A stretch of DNA of 61,338 nt, the filler included, from Pirum gemmata (lineage: Eukaryota), in NCBI GenBank assembly GCA_002812295.1. It is 14 parts of 14 records of this genome, joined end to end, with 100 filler letters (N's around TTAATTAATTAA, not from the genome) between each part and the next. Parts side by side here need not be neighbours in the genome. Positions count along the whole stretch, not along the records: positions 34,871 to 40,034 come from PDIN01001446.1; positions 40,135 to 44,319 come from PDIN01001447.1; positions 44,420 to 48,555 come from PDIN01001448.1; positions 48,656 to 52,823 come from PDIN01001449.1; 10 more parts are not named here. One strand, 5' to 3'. The translations under genes and the position numbers were made by a program. Below, piece by piece: positions 38,628 through 52,126 of the stretch. Numbering within the stretch: the first letter of the stretch is position 1; each line of letters begins with the position of its first letter. The notes below the pieces were generated by a model, which saw only the letters and a list, made by a program, of their open reading frames with translations, did not search any database and was not told where the DNA came from.

Positions 38628-38815
38628 TATAATGAAGTTCTCGAAACCTTAAGATATTATGACTATTAATTAACTATTACTTAAATCGCTTTTTTAAAAT
38701 CTACGTAAATAAAAAATGTATAATACTGTAAAAGTTTACAAAAGTTACCAATTGCCTATGGGTTAATGAGCATATTAATGTTGATTTAATGATTATGATT
38801 CTTATTATGATTATG

Positions 38816-38846
<31 letters not shown>

Positions 38847-39172
38847 GTGTTATTATTATTATTATTAGTATTAGTATTAGTATTATTAGGAATGATTTAA
38901 TATATACTGACAATTTTCCGGAAAATAACTTGCCTTTTGTNNNNNNNNNNNNNNNNNNNNNNNNNNNNNNNNNNNNNNNNNNNNNNNNNNNNNNNNNNNN
39001 NNNNNNNNNNNNNNNNNNNNNNNNNNNNNNNNNNNNNNNNNNNNNNNNNNNNNNNNNNNNNNNNNNNNNNNNNNNNNNNNNNNNNNNNNNNNNNNNTTTA
39101 TTTATTTATTTATTTATTTAGTTTATTTATTGATACATTTTGTATTCATTCTTTTTCAAAAAATTATTCATA

Positions 39173-39418
39173 GGTTTTGTTGATTCCTTTAGATATTTCT
39201 ATCCTGATGCCACTGGACACTTTACTTACTGGTCACAACGGGCTATGAACCGACCTTGGAACCGAGGCTTAAGGCTAGACTATGCAGTGTGTTCTGAATC
39301 TCTTTTGAAAAATGAAAATGAAAAAGTTTTTGTTCACGATTCCTATATCCTTCCTTTAGACACTGTTGGAGTGAGTGATCATTGTCCAATTATGGTAGTT
39401 TTAGGAACAAAAAAATAA
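39173..39418 (+). CDS. Last exon of an exonuclease III / AP endonuclease (APE1/Xth family)
   Basis: After an AG acceptor: FVDSFRYFYP..FTYWSQR..NRGLRLDYAVCS..SDHCPI, the standard ExoIII C-terminal motifs. Confidence 0.9.
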   Translation, partial: GFVDSFRYFYPDATGHFTYWSQRAMNRPWNRGLRLDYAVCSESLLKNENEKVFVHDSYILPLDTVGVSDHCPIMVVLGTKK

Positions 39419-39564
39419 TTTATTACCATTATTACTATATATGGTAGTTTAAAATTTACTTTAGGATAATTACTATATATGGCAGTTTAAAAGTTCACTT
39501 TCGGGATTTAGGCTTGATTTTTTTTAAATTATATAGTAGATTATGTCTAATATAATAATATTAT

Positions 39565-39764
39565 TATCGTGTTTTTCAATAGTGTTGTCCAGTTCAAAAA
39601 CTGAAATAAACGTACCAAATTATTATTATGGTTAAACTATCAGACATGTTTTAATTAATTTGGTATTTTATACTTAATATTGTATTTTATAAACAAGTTC
39701 AATTATAAACTTAAACACTACCAAATTAAAGATTGAGAGGACAACTGTAATGAAATAGACGATA
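39565..39764. mobile_element. MITE family B (200 bp), TA-flanked
   Basis: Imperfect 26-bp TIR TATCGTGTTTTTCAATAGTGTTGTCC / GGACAACTGTAATGAAATAGACGATA. Shares the terminal TATCGT with family A. Confidence 0.85.
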
Positions 39765-40919
39765 ATATTATCATAAAAAAATAAAAATAAAAAAAATAGT
39801 ATTAAAATCCATTCTTGATTACTATAACACTTTTGTTCCTTTGAGACGGTTTTGAGTCTTTCGACACCATCTCTGGTCTACGCTGAAAGCTGGCACTGGG
39901 GGGAGCGGGAAAAACGATCGAACCGAGACTAGTTCGAAATTTCCGAAATTTTTTGATCTAATTTTAAGTATTGACTCACTTTTGATTTCATTAAAAAAAT
40001 TCTTAGAAATTCTTAGAAATTTCATAGAAAAAGCNNNNNNNNNNNNNNNNNNNNNNNNNNNNNNNNNNNNNNNNNNNNTTAATTAATTAANNNNNNNNNN
40101 NNNNNNNNNNNNNNNNNNNNNNNNNNNNNNNNNNGTATGTATAGTACTGTTCTAAACAAACATTTATTAATAAGACTAGACTAGAATGACTAATTATTAC
40201 CTACATCAAAAAATATTACATATAAATCCGAATATAGACGACAAATCCAATAATATTCACAACAACGACTACCACGCTATAATACTAGGAACAAAGTTGA
40301 AAAACCAATATTTCTACAACAAAAGAACAATACAATTATTGCTTATCATAGACTATATAATTATTATGGTATCATTATGAAAAGTACAACAAGCTAAAAT
40401 TAAGTCACAATCAAATCATTATTAAATTAACTTATACCAAAGTAGTGGCTAATAATGTAAGGTGACCTACTGTCACTCCTACTGCTCCTCCTTTAGTTAG
40501 GAAAAAGGAACTTTTTTTTTTATCATATTATTTTTACTGTATCAAGAGTTACTTACTTCTGACTAAAGTACCCAAGAACCAGCTCAAGAACCCCAAACAA
40601 AATCGGTCACTTTTCAGAGTCGGACTGTTACTGTTAGACTACCAGTATCAATATATTTATTTATCATATTATAAATAAATCATATATATCATAAATAAAT
40701 AAATAAATAAAAGGGGGGGTCAGGACCAGGACTCAGAAGGGGGTGTGGATTCTGGAACTGTGTGGAGTCAGTGTGGTCAGTCAGTGGAGTCAGTGGACTG
40801 GCTTGGAAGTTAGCAGCTAAGTTACTAGCTAAGTTAGATAAAAGTTAGCCCAAAAAATGACATTTTTTTGATTAGTCAATTAACAAAGTATTAACAAGCA
40901 CTTAGCGTTTTTAAAAAGA

Positions 40920-41006
40920 AGCCTTCGGATAAGCTTGGAGCTCCAATTAAAGTTTCTTGGCGCCTATGAAATATGAACTTTGCTCCACGAAGCTTATCCG
41001 AAGACT
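40920..41006. repeat. Small inverted repeat or mini-MITE
   Basis: CTTCGGATAAGCTT(..)GGAGC ... GCTCC(..)AAGCTTATCCGAAG. Confidence 0.6.
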
Positions 41007-41569
41007 ATCCAAACTTCCAAAGCTTTTTTTTTTGCGATAAATACCAATCAAGAAAATGTATTTAAAAAAAACTATTATCACTCTATTATCGATACTTTTT
41101 CTCCTACTAGCTAGCTCTAGCTACTAGCTAGCTATCTAGCTAGAAGACTCCACAGGAAGACTCCAGACTCCAGAGTCCAGAGTCCAGAATCAGCCAATAG
41201 AAATGTAGAGTCAAGAGAGTAGTAGTGTAGTAGTAGTAGTACTCAGACTCTCAGAGTACTCAATACTACTCATAGCTGTGCTCATAGACTAATTTATATA
41301 GACATTTCCATATGCCAGTTCCATATGTAAAGTGGCTAGCTAGCTAGCTAGAGAGCTGTAACTGAGCTGTACTACTTAGTAGGAGAGCTGTAATATGTAA
41401 TACCTTCATAATATTATGATATCTTTTGAGTCGGATCGACAAAGGAAAAGGCCTAAGGAAAAGGTCCTATCATGTCCATCATTCATGTTTACTCGTGTCG
41501 AAAAATGGGAAGACGAAGATACATTACTAATACATTACTGATACATTTCCAAAAGAATGCATAACTCCA

Positions 41570-41700
41570 CCAATACAACTAATACAACCAATACAACCAA
41601 TACAACCACTACAACCAATACAACCAATACAACCAATATAACCAATACAACCAATACAACCAACACAACCAATACAACCAATACAACCAATACAACCAAT
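41570..41700. repeat. 9-bp minisatellite (CCAATACAA)n
   Basis: Direct reading. Confidence 0.9.
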
Positions 41701-42749
41701 TGAAGAAATTGATGTTATTATTACATTTCCTTTTAACCAAATGTTTAATCCTAACTGTTTTTTTTACCAGTGGAGTTACACTGGAGTATAATATCATATT
41801 ATTCTGATGTTATATATTTTTTGATTAGTTGGTTTCGGTCGGATTTGAGTATTTTTTGACCCCGACCACAAACTGCTCTCCCACTTCTAGCTAGAGTCTA
41901 GCTAGCAACTGTCCAGCAGTATTCTAGCAGTATTCTAGCTAGCAGACTATTCTAGCAGTATTCTAGCTAGCTAGTCTCTGAGTCTCTCGCGGTATGTGTC
42001 TAGGGTATGTCTAATAATACTTTAACCTAAATTTGGCAGCTCTTCTTTTCTGACCAACCCTGGTCTAGCTAAGCTAGCTAGCTAGCTACTGAACCCTGGT
42101 AAGCTTTCTCTGGCGCATTTTACTGGCGCATTTTAGAATTATTTTAGACTCATTTCCCTACCTAGCTAGCTAGACTCATTTCCTTCTCATTTTAGCTCAT
42201 TTTCAGATTCCGCAGATTGGATTTCGCACGGGATTTCTGGGACTACAGCTGCTACTACGATAGGTTAGAGTACCATAGCTAGCTAGCTAGCTAGACTATA
42301 TGTGACTGTAGGTCTGACAGACTCTAGCTAGCTAGCTAGACTAAGACTCAAGTGGTCTAAGACTGACACTGAGTCATAGACTCATAGGTCTACTGCTGGG
42401 TCATAGCCAGCTATCCTACTACTACTATCTAGCTAGACTTAGTCTAGCTAGATCGATTTCCTGAAATGAACTCTCTATAATAATAATTATTTATCGACAT
42501 GTATATATATTATGATATCAGATGTATCGATATATATAAAGTTTATCATACAAAGTAGTCTGTGTATAATAATATTATGATATCTGATAACAACAACATC
42601 AAAAATAACAATCATAGTCTACTAGTAGTAACAATAACAACAATAAGAACCACCACCACCACAATAATAACAATAATAGAATAGTAATAATATTAATAAT
42701 AACAATAATAGAATAGTAATAATATTAATAATAGCAATAATAGTAAAAA

Positions 42750-43576
42750 ATGAATGCGTACTTTGTAAAACAGTTGCCTCTGTTTCGAAGATTAATCGGA
42801 GCGAAACGATTTTTTAGTGCTTCTGCAAGTAATAGTACATGTACAGCAGCCGCATTTAACTCAACTACTGGAAATATTGATTTGACGATCAATAGCGCGA
42901 AAAAAGAAGTGTATTACAATATATATTTTATTAATATGATCAGTTCAAAGCTTAGCTAGCTTGTCGGGTTTAGAATTTGTTGTATCGTTTATGTTTTGTT
43001 GTATCGTTATATTTTTTTGTATTGTTATATTTATTATTATTATTATTAATATTATTATTGATTTCATTGTTCGTTATCTTTTTGTTGATGTTGTTATTGT
43101 CATCGTTTTATTGTGATGAAATTTGTTTTCATTTCTGTTTAGATATCCATTATGGCTAAGAGACCATTGTAAGTGTAGTGCTTGCTATAATTTTGAATCG
43201 GAGCAAAGACTATTCAACACAGCGAAACTGCCTTTAAATATTAAACCCACCGAAATAAAGAATGAAAATGGACTTTCTATTACATGTATTACTGGGCAAC
43301 CCTAACCCTAACCCTAACCCTAACACTAACTCTAACCCTAACCCTAACCTTGAACTCTAACCCCAACTCTAACCCTAACTCTAACCCCAACCCCAACTCT
43401 AAAACTAGTGCTAACCCATTCTCAATCTCAAGGCAACTCCACCTTTTTTTTGTATTTCCTGTAGTAATATTAGTTTATTGTTATTGCTGAATCTTTGTAA
43501 TAGGGGAAGATGGTCACGAAAGTAAATATGAAAATTCTGCTTTGGAAAGTTTATTAGGCACAGAAAGCAAAAAAAC
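42750..43576 (+). CDS. 5' exons of a trimethyllysine dioxygenase / gamma-butyrobetaine dioxygenase family gene (TMLHE-like), with a mitochondrial-type leader
   Basis: Exons 42750-42910, 43143-43285 and 43504-43576 are in phase. They give VYPLWLRDHCKCSACYNFESEQRL..ITWEDGHESKY, the Zn-binding GBBH N-terminal motif, after an Arg/Ser/Ala-rich leader. Confidence 0.85.
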
Positions 43577-43589
43577 GTATTTTTTTTTA

Positions 43590-44319
43590 AAACCCTAAAC
43601 CCTCAACCCTAAAAGCCCTAAGCCCTAAATCCTAAAAGCCCTAAGCCCTAAGCCCTAAAAGCCCTAAGCCCTAAGCTCTAAAAGCCCTAAACCATAAAAG
43701 CCCTAAATCCTAAATCCCTAAACCCTCCAAGCCCTAAACCCTCCAAGCCCTAAACCCTCCCAAGCCCTAAACCCCTAAACCCTCCAAGCCCTAAACCTTC
43801 CAAGCCCTAAACCCTCCAAGCCCTAAACCCTCCAAGCCCTAAACCCTCCAAGCTCTAAACCCTCCAAGCTCTAAACCCTCCAAGCCCTAAACCCTCCAAG
43901 CCCTAAACCATCAAAGCCCTCAAAGCCCTCAAAGCCCTCAAAGCCCTAAAAACCCCAAACCCTAAACCCTAAACCCTAAAAGCGCTGAGCCCTAAATCCT
44001 AAAAGCCCTAAACCCTAAACCCTAGAAGCCCTAAGCCCTAAACCCTAAAAGCCCTAAACCCTAAACCCTAAAAGCTAAGCGCTAAACCCTAAAAGCCCTA
44101 ACCCCTAAATCCTAAAAGTCCTGAACCGTAACCCTAAAAGCCCTAAACCCTAAACCCTAAAAACCCTAAACCTTAAACCTTAGACCCAAACCCTTAAACC
44201 CATAAACCCTTAAACCCCTAAACCCTAAACCCCAAACCCTGAACGCTAAACGCTAACCGCTAACCGCTAACCGCTAACCGCTAACCGCTAACCGCTAACC
44301 GCTAAACGCTAACCGCTAA
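43590..44319. repeat. Degenerate telomere-like satellite (CCCTAAA, AAGCCCTA, CCCTCCAAG, CCGCTAA variants) inside an intron
   Basis: Direct reading. Starts just after the splice donor at 43577. Confidence 0.85.
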
Positions 44320-45185
44320 NNNNNNNNNNNNNNNNNNNNNNNNNNNNNNNNNNNNNNNNNNNNTTAATTAATTAANNNNNNNNNNNNNNNNNNNNNNNNN
44401 NNNNNNNNNNNNNNNNNNNTTTGTTTGTTGTTTGTTGTTTGTTGTTTGTTGTTTGTTGTTTGTTGTTTGTTCCTGACTGAGGGCTCCGAACAGTATCATG
44501 ATACATTCTGCAGTTTAGAGTAAGGCAGGAATCTGGTAGTCTAAAACTCTAACTAGGACTGATTATTAAGAACCCCAGGGATAAATGAACAAATAAATGA
44601 ATAAATAAATAGATTGATAAATAAACGAATAAATAACTAGAATGATAAATAAATAGATAAATAAGTGATAAATAAATATCATAGATAAAAAAAAGTTAAT
44701 AATTAATTAAAAATAAATAAGTAATAAAATTAAGAGTAACGTTCGAATGAAAAAACTTGTTTCTTATCTAGGAGCCATAATGTACTAGGTCATAATGTAT
44801 GTAGCTCGATTTTTTTTTGGTATGTAATTAGTATTTTTAATTTTTCAAATAGAACAATAATACCAACCAATTAAAATAAATGGGGTCTTTTTTTTTTTTT
44901 TTTAGCATTAGTTTCTTTGGGGCCAGCCTGGAAATTAAACGAAAAAAAATTGAATATGACGTCATATGACGTAATTTTATTTGTTGGAATATTATTTCTA
45001 TATATAGTCTATATGGTGCTTTTCATTTATTTTGTCTTCGTTTACAAGGAACTCCTTGGTAACTCTACTACTATCGTATGTATCGATGGCTCTATCGATA
45101 GTCTATCATCCCATCTATCAATATCTATCAATATCATAAATAGTAGCTATCATAGCTAGACCGGGTGACGTCACGATCTAGTAAT

Positions 45186-45382
45186 ATCTTGCTTTTCAGT
45201 TGTTTTGTCATCATAAAATATACAATAAAGAGTACCAAATTAATACAATATAAATCCATTTTATTTAACTTTTGGTATATTTTATAATCTTATTATTAAT
45301 TTAAAAAAAAATATTAATTTAAATATTAGACTATAACCAACAAAATAAATACTCAAGAGTGACAAAATAAATGAAAAGCACA
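45186..45382. mobile_element. MITE family A, reverse orientation, with a TA>TAGACTA insertion at about 45327
   Basis: Family match. AAATATTAGACTATAACC here versus consensus AAATATTATAACC. Confidence 0.8.
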
Positions 45383-45653
45383 AGAGTCTAGAGATATGCA
45401 TAATATTATATAGAATGAGGTATCGATAAATATCGATAATATCGATATTCTGAATAGTCTAAAAAACATCATATACATGCATATGCATGATGCATCTGAT
45501 AGAAAAGAATATCTGAAAAGGATATTATGATAGAACGTTTGTTTTTTAAAATCAAGAACCCCAGTAAAGTTTTATAATAATACTAGCTACTACTACTAGG
45601 GGAAAGTTATTGTAAATGAGATCTGTAAACAAGTCTGGTAAACAAGTATACAA

Positions 45654-45870
45654 GTAAGGGTGAGATGACGTCATTTTATTATTACCGAACAGCTGCCGGA
45701 ACTTTTCCGATTTATGGTTTTATTACTATTAATGGTAATATTATTGCTTTAATTGGTATTTTAAGCTATTTAACTGCTATTATTAGTAAAGAACACAGAA
45801 CTAAGGTTGGCTCGATAAGCATATGTTCGAAAAAAGTTCCAGTAGATATCTCACCAGTATCTCACCCCTA
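45654..45870. mobile_element. MITE family D
   Basis: GGGTGAGATGACGTCA ... ATCTCACCCCTA. Confidence 0.82.
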
Positions 45871-46642
45871 GTAGTATTACATAATGTAACATAGGCTATT
45901 TTTTTTACTTAGTTATAAATAATATGAAGGAACTTCTTGCATTATTATATAGGCTTATCTAGACACATCAAGAACCCCAGTTTTTTCCTTGGGTTTTTTC
46001 CTGGGGGTTTCTATGTTTTAATTTTCGATCATGTTCGATTCCAGTGTTCGATTCCCTGCCAGGTAGGTTCGCTAGGTAGGTTCGATTCCCAACTAAAAAC
46101 CCATTTTCATTGGGCTATAAAAAAGTTACTTAAAAAGGTAATTTATTTTAGAGTCTTAATATAGAGGTTAAAACAAACATATATAGTAATGATAATTTAG
46201 ACTAAGTTAGGTAATATTGTCAAATTATGGTAATATTTAAACAACAAAAAAAATGAAAAAAAAAAACATTCAAAGTTTGCTTGTTTGTGGAAGCGTTGTG
46301 GAACATGAATCATGATCATTATTGGTACCTAATATTAAATGTTGATGACTTACTGGTTGTAGACCAAATAAATGGTATAATAAACTAACGAATTGTTTTC
46401 TCAATTTTCTATAACTAAAAAAAAAACAAAAAAATGTTTTGAACTGCGAAAGATTGATTGATTCAGTATTGATTCTAGAAGAGAAGAGCTAAGAGAAGAT
46501 TGATTACAGCTTTTTTCATTCCTCGCTGTCAGGGGGTCATTGGGTAGTATTTGGGTCATATTTATATAAATGTGATATATAGAACCACCGACTAACCACC
46601 GCTCTGGCTCTGGCGCTCTACATTCATAGACTACTATCATGA

Positions 46643-46842
46643 TATAGTGCTTTTCAGTTGTTTTGTCATCATAAAATATACAATAAATAATACCAAATTA
46701 ATATAATATATATCCATTTCATTTAATTTGGTATATTTTATTATCCATTTATTCATTTAACAATACCTTAACAATGCCAATTAAAAAATTATAAACAACC
46801 AAATAAATATTCGGAGTGACAAAATAAATGAAAAGCGCTATA
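46643..46842. mobile_element. MITE family A (partial copies also at about 48454-48555 and 51668-51807)
   Basis: TATAGTGCTTTTCA ... TGAAAAGCGCTATA. Confidence 0.82.
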
Positions 46843-48943
46843 GTTATCATATATGATATTATATAATATCATAGTAGGTATGTGCTCTAATAAGCTCTAA
46901 CTATCATGATAATAGTGCTCTAATAACAGAGAGTCTATTAGAGACAGACTACCGTATCGTATTATTATCATAGCTAGCTAGTTTTATTAGTAGAAGTCTA
47001 TCTTATTATATATTAGACTCTTATTAGACTCTTATTGGACTCTTATTTTAATTAAACCCCCTACTAGCTAGTAGCTAGCTAGGGTAGTCTGGGTAGATAC
47101 TACTACTACAGTCTACTAGCTAGAGGGTAGATAACAGGGTAGATAACTATAGATTATTTTTCTTATTCAATGATTGGTTTATTTGGAATTATAATTTTTT
47201 ATTATCGGTAGATAATTTGGTCAACCCTAACTCTGTGCCTACTATGGCTGACTATGGCTGCCCACAGACTACTCAGAGTCCTCAGAGCGAGTCAGAGGCT
47301 CAGACCTCTCTACTACTAGCTAGTATAGGGCCATACTATAGGCTCAGACCTCAGACTCAGACCTTCATGAAGGAGCCTATGATCAAGCTAGGAGCTACGA
47401 CCTGATAAACTACCTTTTCATTTTTTAATTTTCAAGTATCAAAGTGATGGGCTTCTGGGACCTAGCTTCTGGGACTCTCTGACGTCAAAAAGCTTTTTTA
47501 GGCATAACCATTGGCTATTTTATTCCTCCTTCATTTAGAAAGTACAAGTAGAGAGACCAGGAAAACTGCTAGAAACCACTATGATACAAGAAAAGTTTTC
47601 TGAGAAGGATTATGGATACAAAATTTTTTTAAAAAAGTGTTCGGTAATGACGTCATTCATAAGGTGTGTAGAAGCTGCTAAGAAACAACACACATGAAAG
47701 TCCTACACTATCTATAGTCTATCTATAGATAGATTGACTATGATAGAGTCCTTAAGTATGACGCATGTATGATGTCACAAATCATCTGATCAAAAACATA
47801 AAAATATATATTTTTTTAAAAAAAAAAAAAAACTCTTTGAGAAAGTTAGTCTATTTTAGGAGAAAGTTAGACTACCAGTCACTTACTTGCCGACGAAGTT
47901 GCTGCAGGAAGTTGCTGTACTTGTGCCGAACTTTTTTAACCGTGAACTTATTACTCTTCAGTGAGATTATTGGCCTAAAGGTCTGGCTGGTTTATCGTAA
48001 AATGAACAACCAACAACAAGAAACAACACTTGTAAATCAGCTTATTTAATTATCGATTGACCTGAATGAACAACCAACAACAAGAAACAACAATATGGTA
48101 ATGAAAAAACATCAGCCCCATCATCATCATCAATAACATCATCAACGTATATCGATGTTTTACTTTGTGTGATTATGATAATTAATTATTGATTGACCTA
48201 GAATGTTTAACATATAAAAACAATCAACAACAGTCAACAACAGTACATTAAATCATCACCGTCAACAACATCATCAGCGTCGTATTAACTAATATAGTTG
48301 ATGATCTATATTAATTAAAATCATTGCCATCGTCAACAACAACAACCATTATAAACGTTTTAATAACAGCAACAAGAACTATTCTATCAACAACATTAAC
48401 AACAATATCATACATAAGTACGTATGCTTTTTGGAGTCTTTTTTGGTTTATGATAATGTGCTTTTCAGTTGTTTTGTCATCAAAAAATAAACAATAAATA
48501 GTACCAAATTAATACAACATAAATCCATTTAATTCAATTTGGTATATTTTATTATNNNNNNNNNNNNNNNNNNNNNNNNNNNNNNNNNNNNNNNNNNNNT
48601 TAATTAATTAANNNNNNNNNNNNNNNNNNNNNNNNNNNNNNNNNNNNNNNNNNNNATTATTATTATTATTATTACTATAAGTATTGATAATCAAAAGTAC
48701 GAAGAAATAAATAACTACACCACATCCTCATTACCATAGCTATAACTACAACCCATAATCATAACAACTTGTTATAACCACAACCACAAACACAAGCACA
48801 AACACAAACTCAACCACAAATACAAACTCAACCACAAACACAAACTCAACGACAACGACAACCACAACCGCAACCTCTAGTAATAAAAATATAACCCACA
48901 CATGACCAATAGCCTCCAATAGCTACTTCAAAAAGAATAAACC

Positions 48944-51202
48944 ATGTTTTGGGCAAAACTGCAAGCACGTACTAAGCACGTCCTTATTTGCGGTATTTTT
49001 TAACGCCAATTTGTTATTCTCCGTTTTGTTCAAGCAGCCAAAAATACAACAACCCTCGGTACCAATATTCCAATTTTGTATCAAACCACTATTCTTCATT
49101 TGCCACTAACTCTAATCAACAAGAAATTAAAAAAAAAATCAAGAAATCTCAAAGCTCTGCTAAAACTAGTTTTAAAGGTAGGAATCGAAAAGACTTTGAC
49201 AAAAACTACTTGATTATTCGTTCATTCAAAGAAAAACAACAAAAGCAACCTACTAAAATTACTACTACTGAACATAAAGATGTTTTTCGAGCGTATTTGT
49301 TTTGCAATTTAGGAGACGAAGCCTTAAAAGTATTGAAAGTACAAGAACAATTAAAGGAAACTATCCATATTCGACAATACAATGATCTGTTGAAATGTTA
49401 TTTAAAACAAAACTATAAACGCGGCATTGAATTTTTCAATAACAATATGCAAGCTAAAGGCATTGCTTGTGACGTTTTTTCATATACTATTTTGATAAAT
49501 GGCTGTACAAAAAAGAATAAAATTGATGCAAGTATAAAATATTTTCAAGAAATGCAACAAAAAGGAATTAGTCCTGATGTTGTCACTTATAATAGTTTGA
49601 TAGATGGTTGTTCTAAAAATGATAGAATTGACGAAAGTATAAAATATTTTCAAGAAATGCAACAAAAAGGAATTAGCCCTAACGTTATCACTTATAATAG
49701 TTTAATAGATGGTTGTTCTAAAAATGATAAAGTTAACGAAAGTATAAAATATTTTCAAGAAATGCAACAAAGAGGAATTAGTCCTAACGTTGTCACTTAT
49801 AATAGTTTAATAGATGGTTGTTCTAAAAATAATAAAGTTAACGAAAGTATAAAATATTTTCAAGAAATGCAACAAAAAGGAATTAGCCCTAACGTTATCA
49901 CTTATAATAGTTTAATAGATGGTTGTTCTAAAAATGATAGAATTGACGAAAGTATAAAATATTTTCAAGAAATGCAACAAAAAGGAATNTAATAGATGGT
50001 TGTTCTAAAAATGATAAAGTTAACGAAAGTATAAAATATTTTCAAGAAATGCAACAAAAAGGAATTAGCCCTAACGTTGTCACTTATAATAGTTTAATAG
50101 ATGGTTGTTCTAAAAATGGTAAAGTTGACGAAAGTATAAAATATTTTCAAGAAATGAAACAAAGAGGAATTAGTCCTAATGCTGTCACTTATAGTAGTTT
50201 TAATAGATGGATGTTCTTAAAATGGTAAAAATTGACAAAAGTATAAAATATTTTCAAGAAATGCAACAAAAGGGAATTAGTCCTACTGTTGTCACTTATA
50301 GTAGTTTAATAGATGGTTGTTCTAAAAATGATAAAATTGACGAAAGTATAAAATATTTTCAAGAAATGCAACAAAAAGGAATTAGCCCTAACGTTGTCAT
50401 TTATAATAGGTTAATAGATGGTTGTTCTAAAAATGATAAAATTGACGAAAGTATAAAATGTTTTCAAGAAATGCAACAAAAGGGAATTAGTCCTACTGTT
50501 GTCACTTATAGTAGTTTAATAGATGGTTGTTCTAAAAATGATAAAATTGACGAAATTATAAAATATTTTCAAGAAATGCAACAAAAGGGAATTAGTCCTG
50601 ACGTTGTCATTTTAATAGATGGTTGTTCTAAAAATGATAGAATTGACGAAAGTATAAAATATTTTCAAGAAATGCAACAAAAAGGAATTAGTCCTGACGT
50701 TGTCACTTACAATAGTTTAATAGATGGTTGTTCTAAAAATGATAAAGTTGACGAAAGTATAAAATATTTTCAAGAAATGCAACAAAAGGGAATTAGTCCC
50801 ACTGTTGTCACTTATAGTAGTTTAATAGATGGTTGTGCTAAAAATAATAGAATTGACGAAAGTATCAAATATTTCCAGTTGTTGTTGCAAAACAAAATCG
50901 AACCAACTACAGAAACATACAACTCGCTCATTGATGGCTGTGGCAAAAATCAAAGGTTGCTTGAAAGTATTAAATATTTCGATGACATGCAAAAGAAAAA
51001 TATACCCAGAAACAATCGTACTTATAACAAACTTATTGATGCCTGTACAAAAAATGGTGAGTTCACCAAAGCTGTACACTATTTTGAAAAAATCAAAAAC
51101 GACGGACTTAATCCAAGTCAAGTAAATTACTTAACTATTATAGATGGTTGTGAATATAGTGGAAACTATGCATTAAAAGAAAAATACTTAAAAGAATTAT
51201 AA
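48944..51202 (+). CDS. Pentatricopeptide-repeat (P-class PPR) protein, about 18 repeats, intronless. Reading frame is disrupted (pseudogene or mis-assembly)
   Basis: 35-aa unit VVTYNSLIDGCSKNDRIDESIKYFQEMQQKGISPD. ATG 48944 is in frame only if the 11-bp duplication ACTAAGCACGT (48971-48981) is removed. There is an N-join at 49989, two +1 insertions and a TAA at about 50198-50232, and a 12-bp deletion near 50608. Confidence 0.9.
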
Positions 51203-51252
51203 TAGGTATGTTAACCAACAAATTACTACTTCCTAGAGAAAAATATGATAGA

Positions 51253-51533
51253 CTAATGAAAAGAATTATAATCGATATACCGTATTATTAATTAATAAAA
51301 GTGAGAAAGTTAAAGCTTTCTCCTACTAATGAAAAGAATTATAATCGATATACCGTATTATTTATTAATAAAAGTGAGAAAGTTAAACTTTCTCCTACTA
51401 ATGAAAAGAATTATAATCGATATACCGTATTATTGATTAATAAAAGTGAGAAAGTTAAAGCTTTCTCCTACTAATGAAATAAATTATAATCAATATACCG
51501 TATTATTAATTAATAAAAGTGAGAAAGTTAAAC
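51253..51533. repeat. Tandem repeat, about 72-bp unit, about 4 copies
   Basis: CTAATGAAAAGAATTATAATCGATATACCGTATTA..AAGTGAGAAAGTTAAAGCTTTCTCCTA, head to tail with no unique spacers. Confidence 0.9.
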
Positions 51534-52126
51534 TTTTTTCAACATAATGTTATAGACTATGATAACATCGTTTTTTTTATTTTTTTTAAATTTTTTTTAT
51601 TTTTTTTTTTTTTGCTTTAGGGAACTAAGTTTAGGGAACGTTTTTTTTGGACAATGAAAAACATAAAGAGTATCAAATTAATACAATATAAATCCACTTC
51701 ATTTAAATTGGTATATTTTATTATCTAATTATTCATTTAAAATTATCAATTCAAAAATTATAACCCACCAAATAAATATTCAGAGTGAGAAAATAAATGA
51801 AAAGCATAAAGAGTACCACCAAATAAATATTCAGAGGCGTTTTTTTTTTTTTTTGTATTAGACAAATCACAGATCTAATTTTCAAACCACATTAAAAAAA
51901 AACACAGAAAAGCTAGTATTTGTAGATTCCCATTCGAGCTCTTTAAATTTAAATCTGAGGTATCCAGATCTCTATTTAGGTTATCATTAAATTTTATTGT
52001 TATTAGGAAAGGTGGGTTCAGATGGTAAAACTACGAACCGATCTTATCCGAACCCAAGGCCAATTTTATCAGGGTCACGTGTTTTACTTGTAAAAATAAT
52101 TGAGAGAAAAAGAAGTCATCCCCAAG

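Noticed and set aside
51253..51533. CRISPR-like array
   Set aside because: Units are head to tail with no unique spacers, and the context is eukaryotic.
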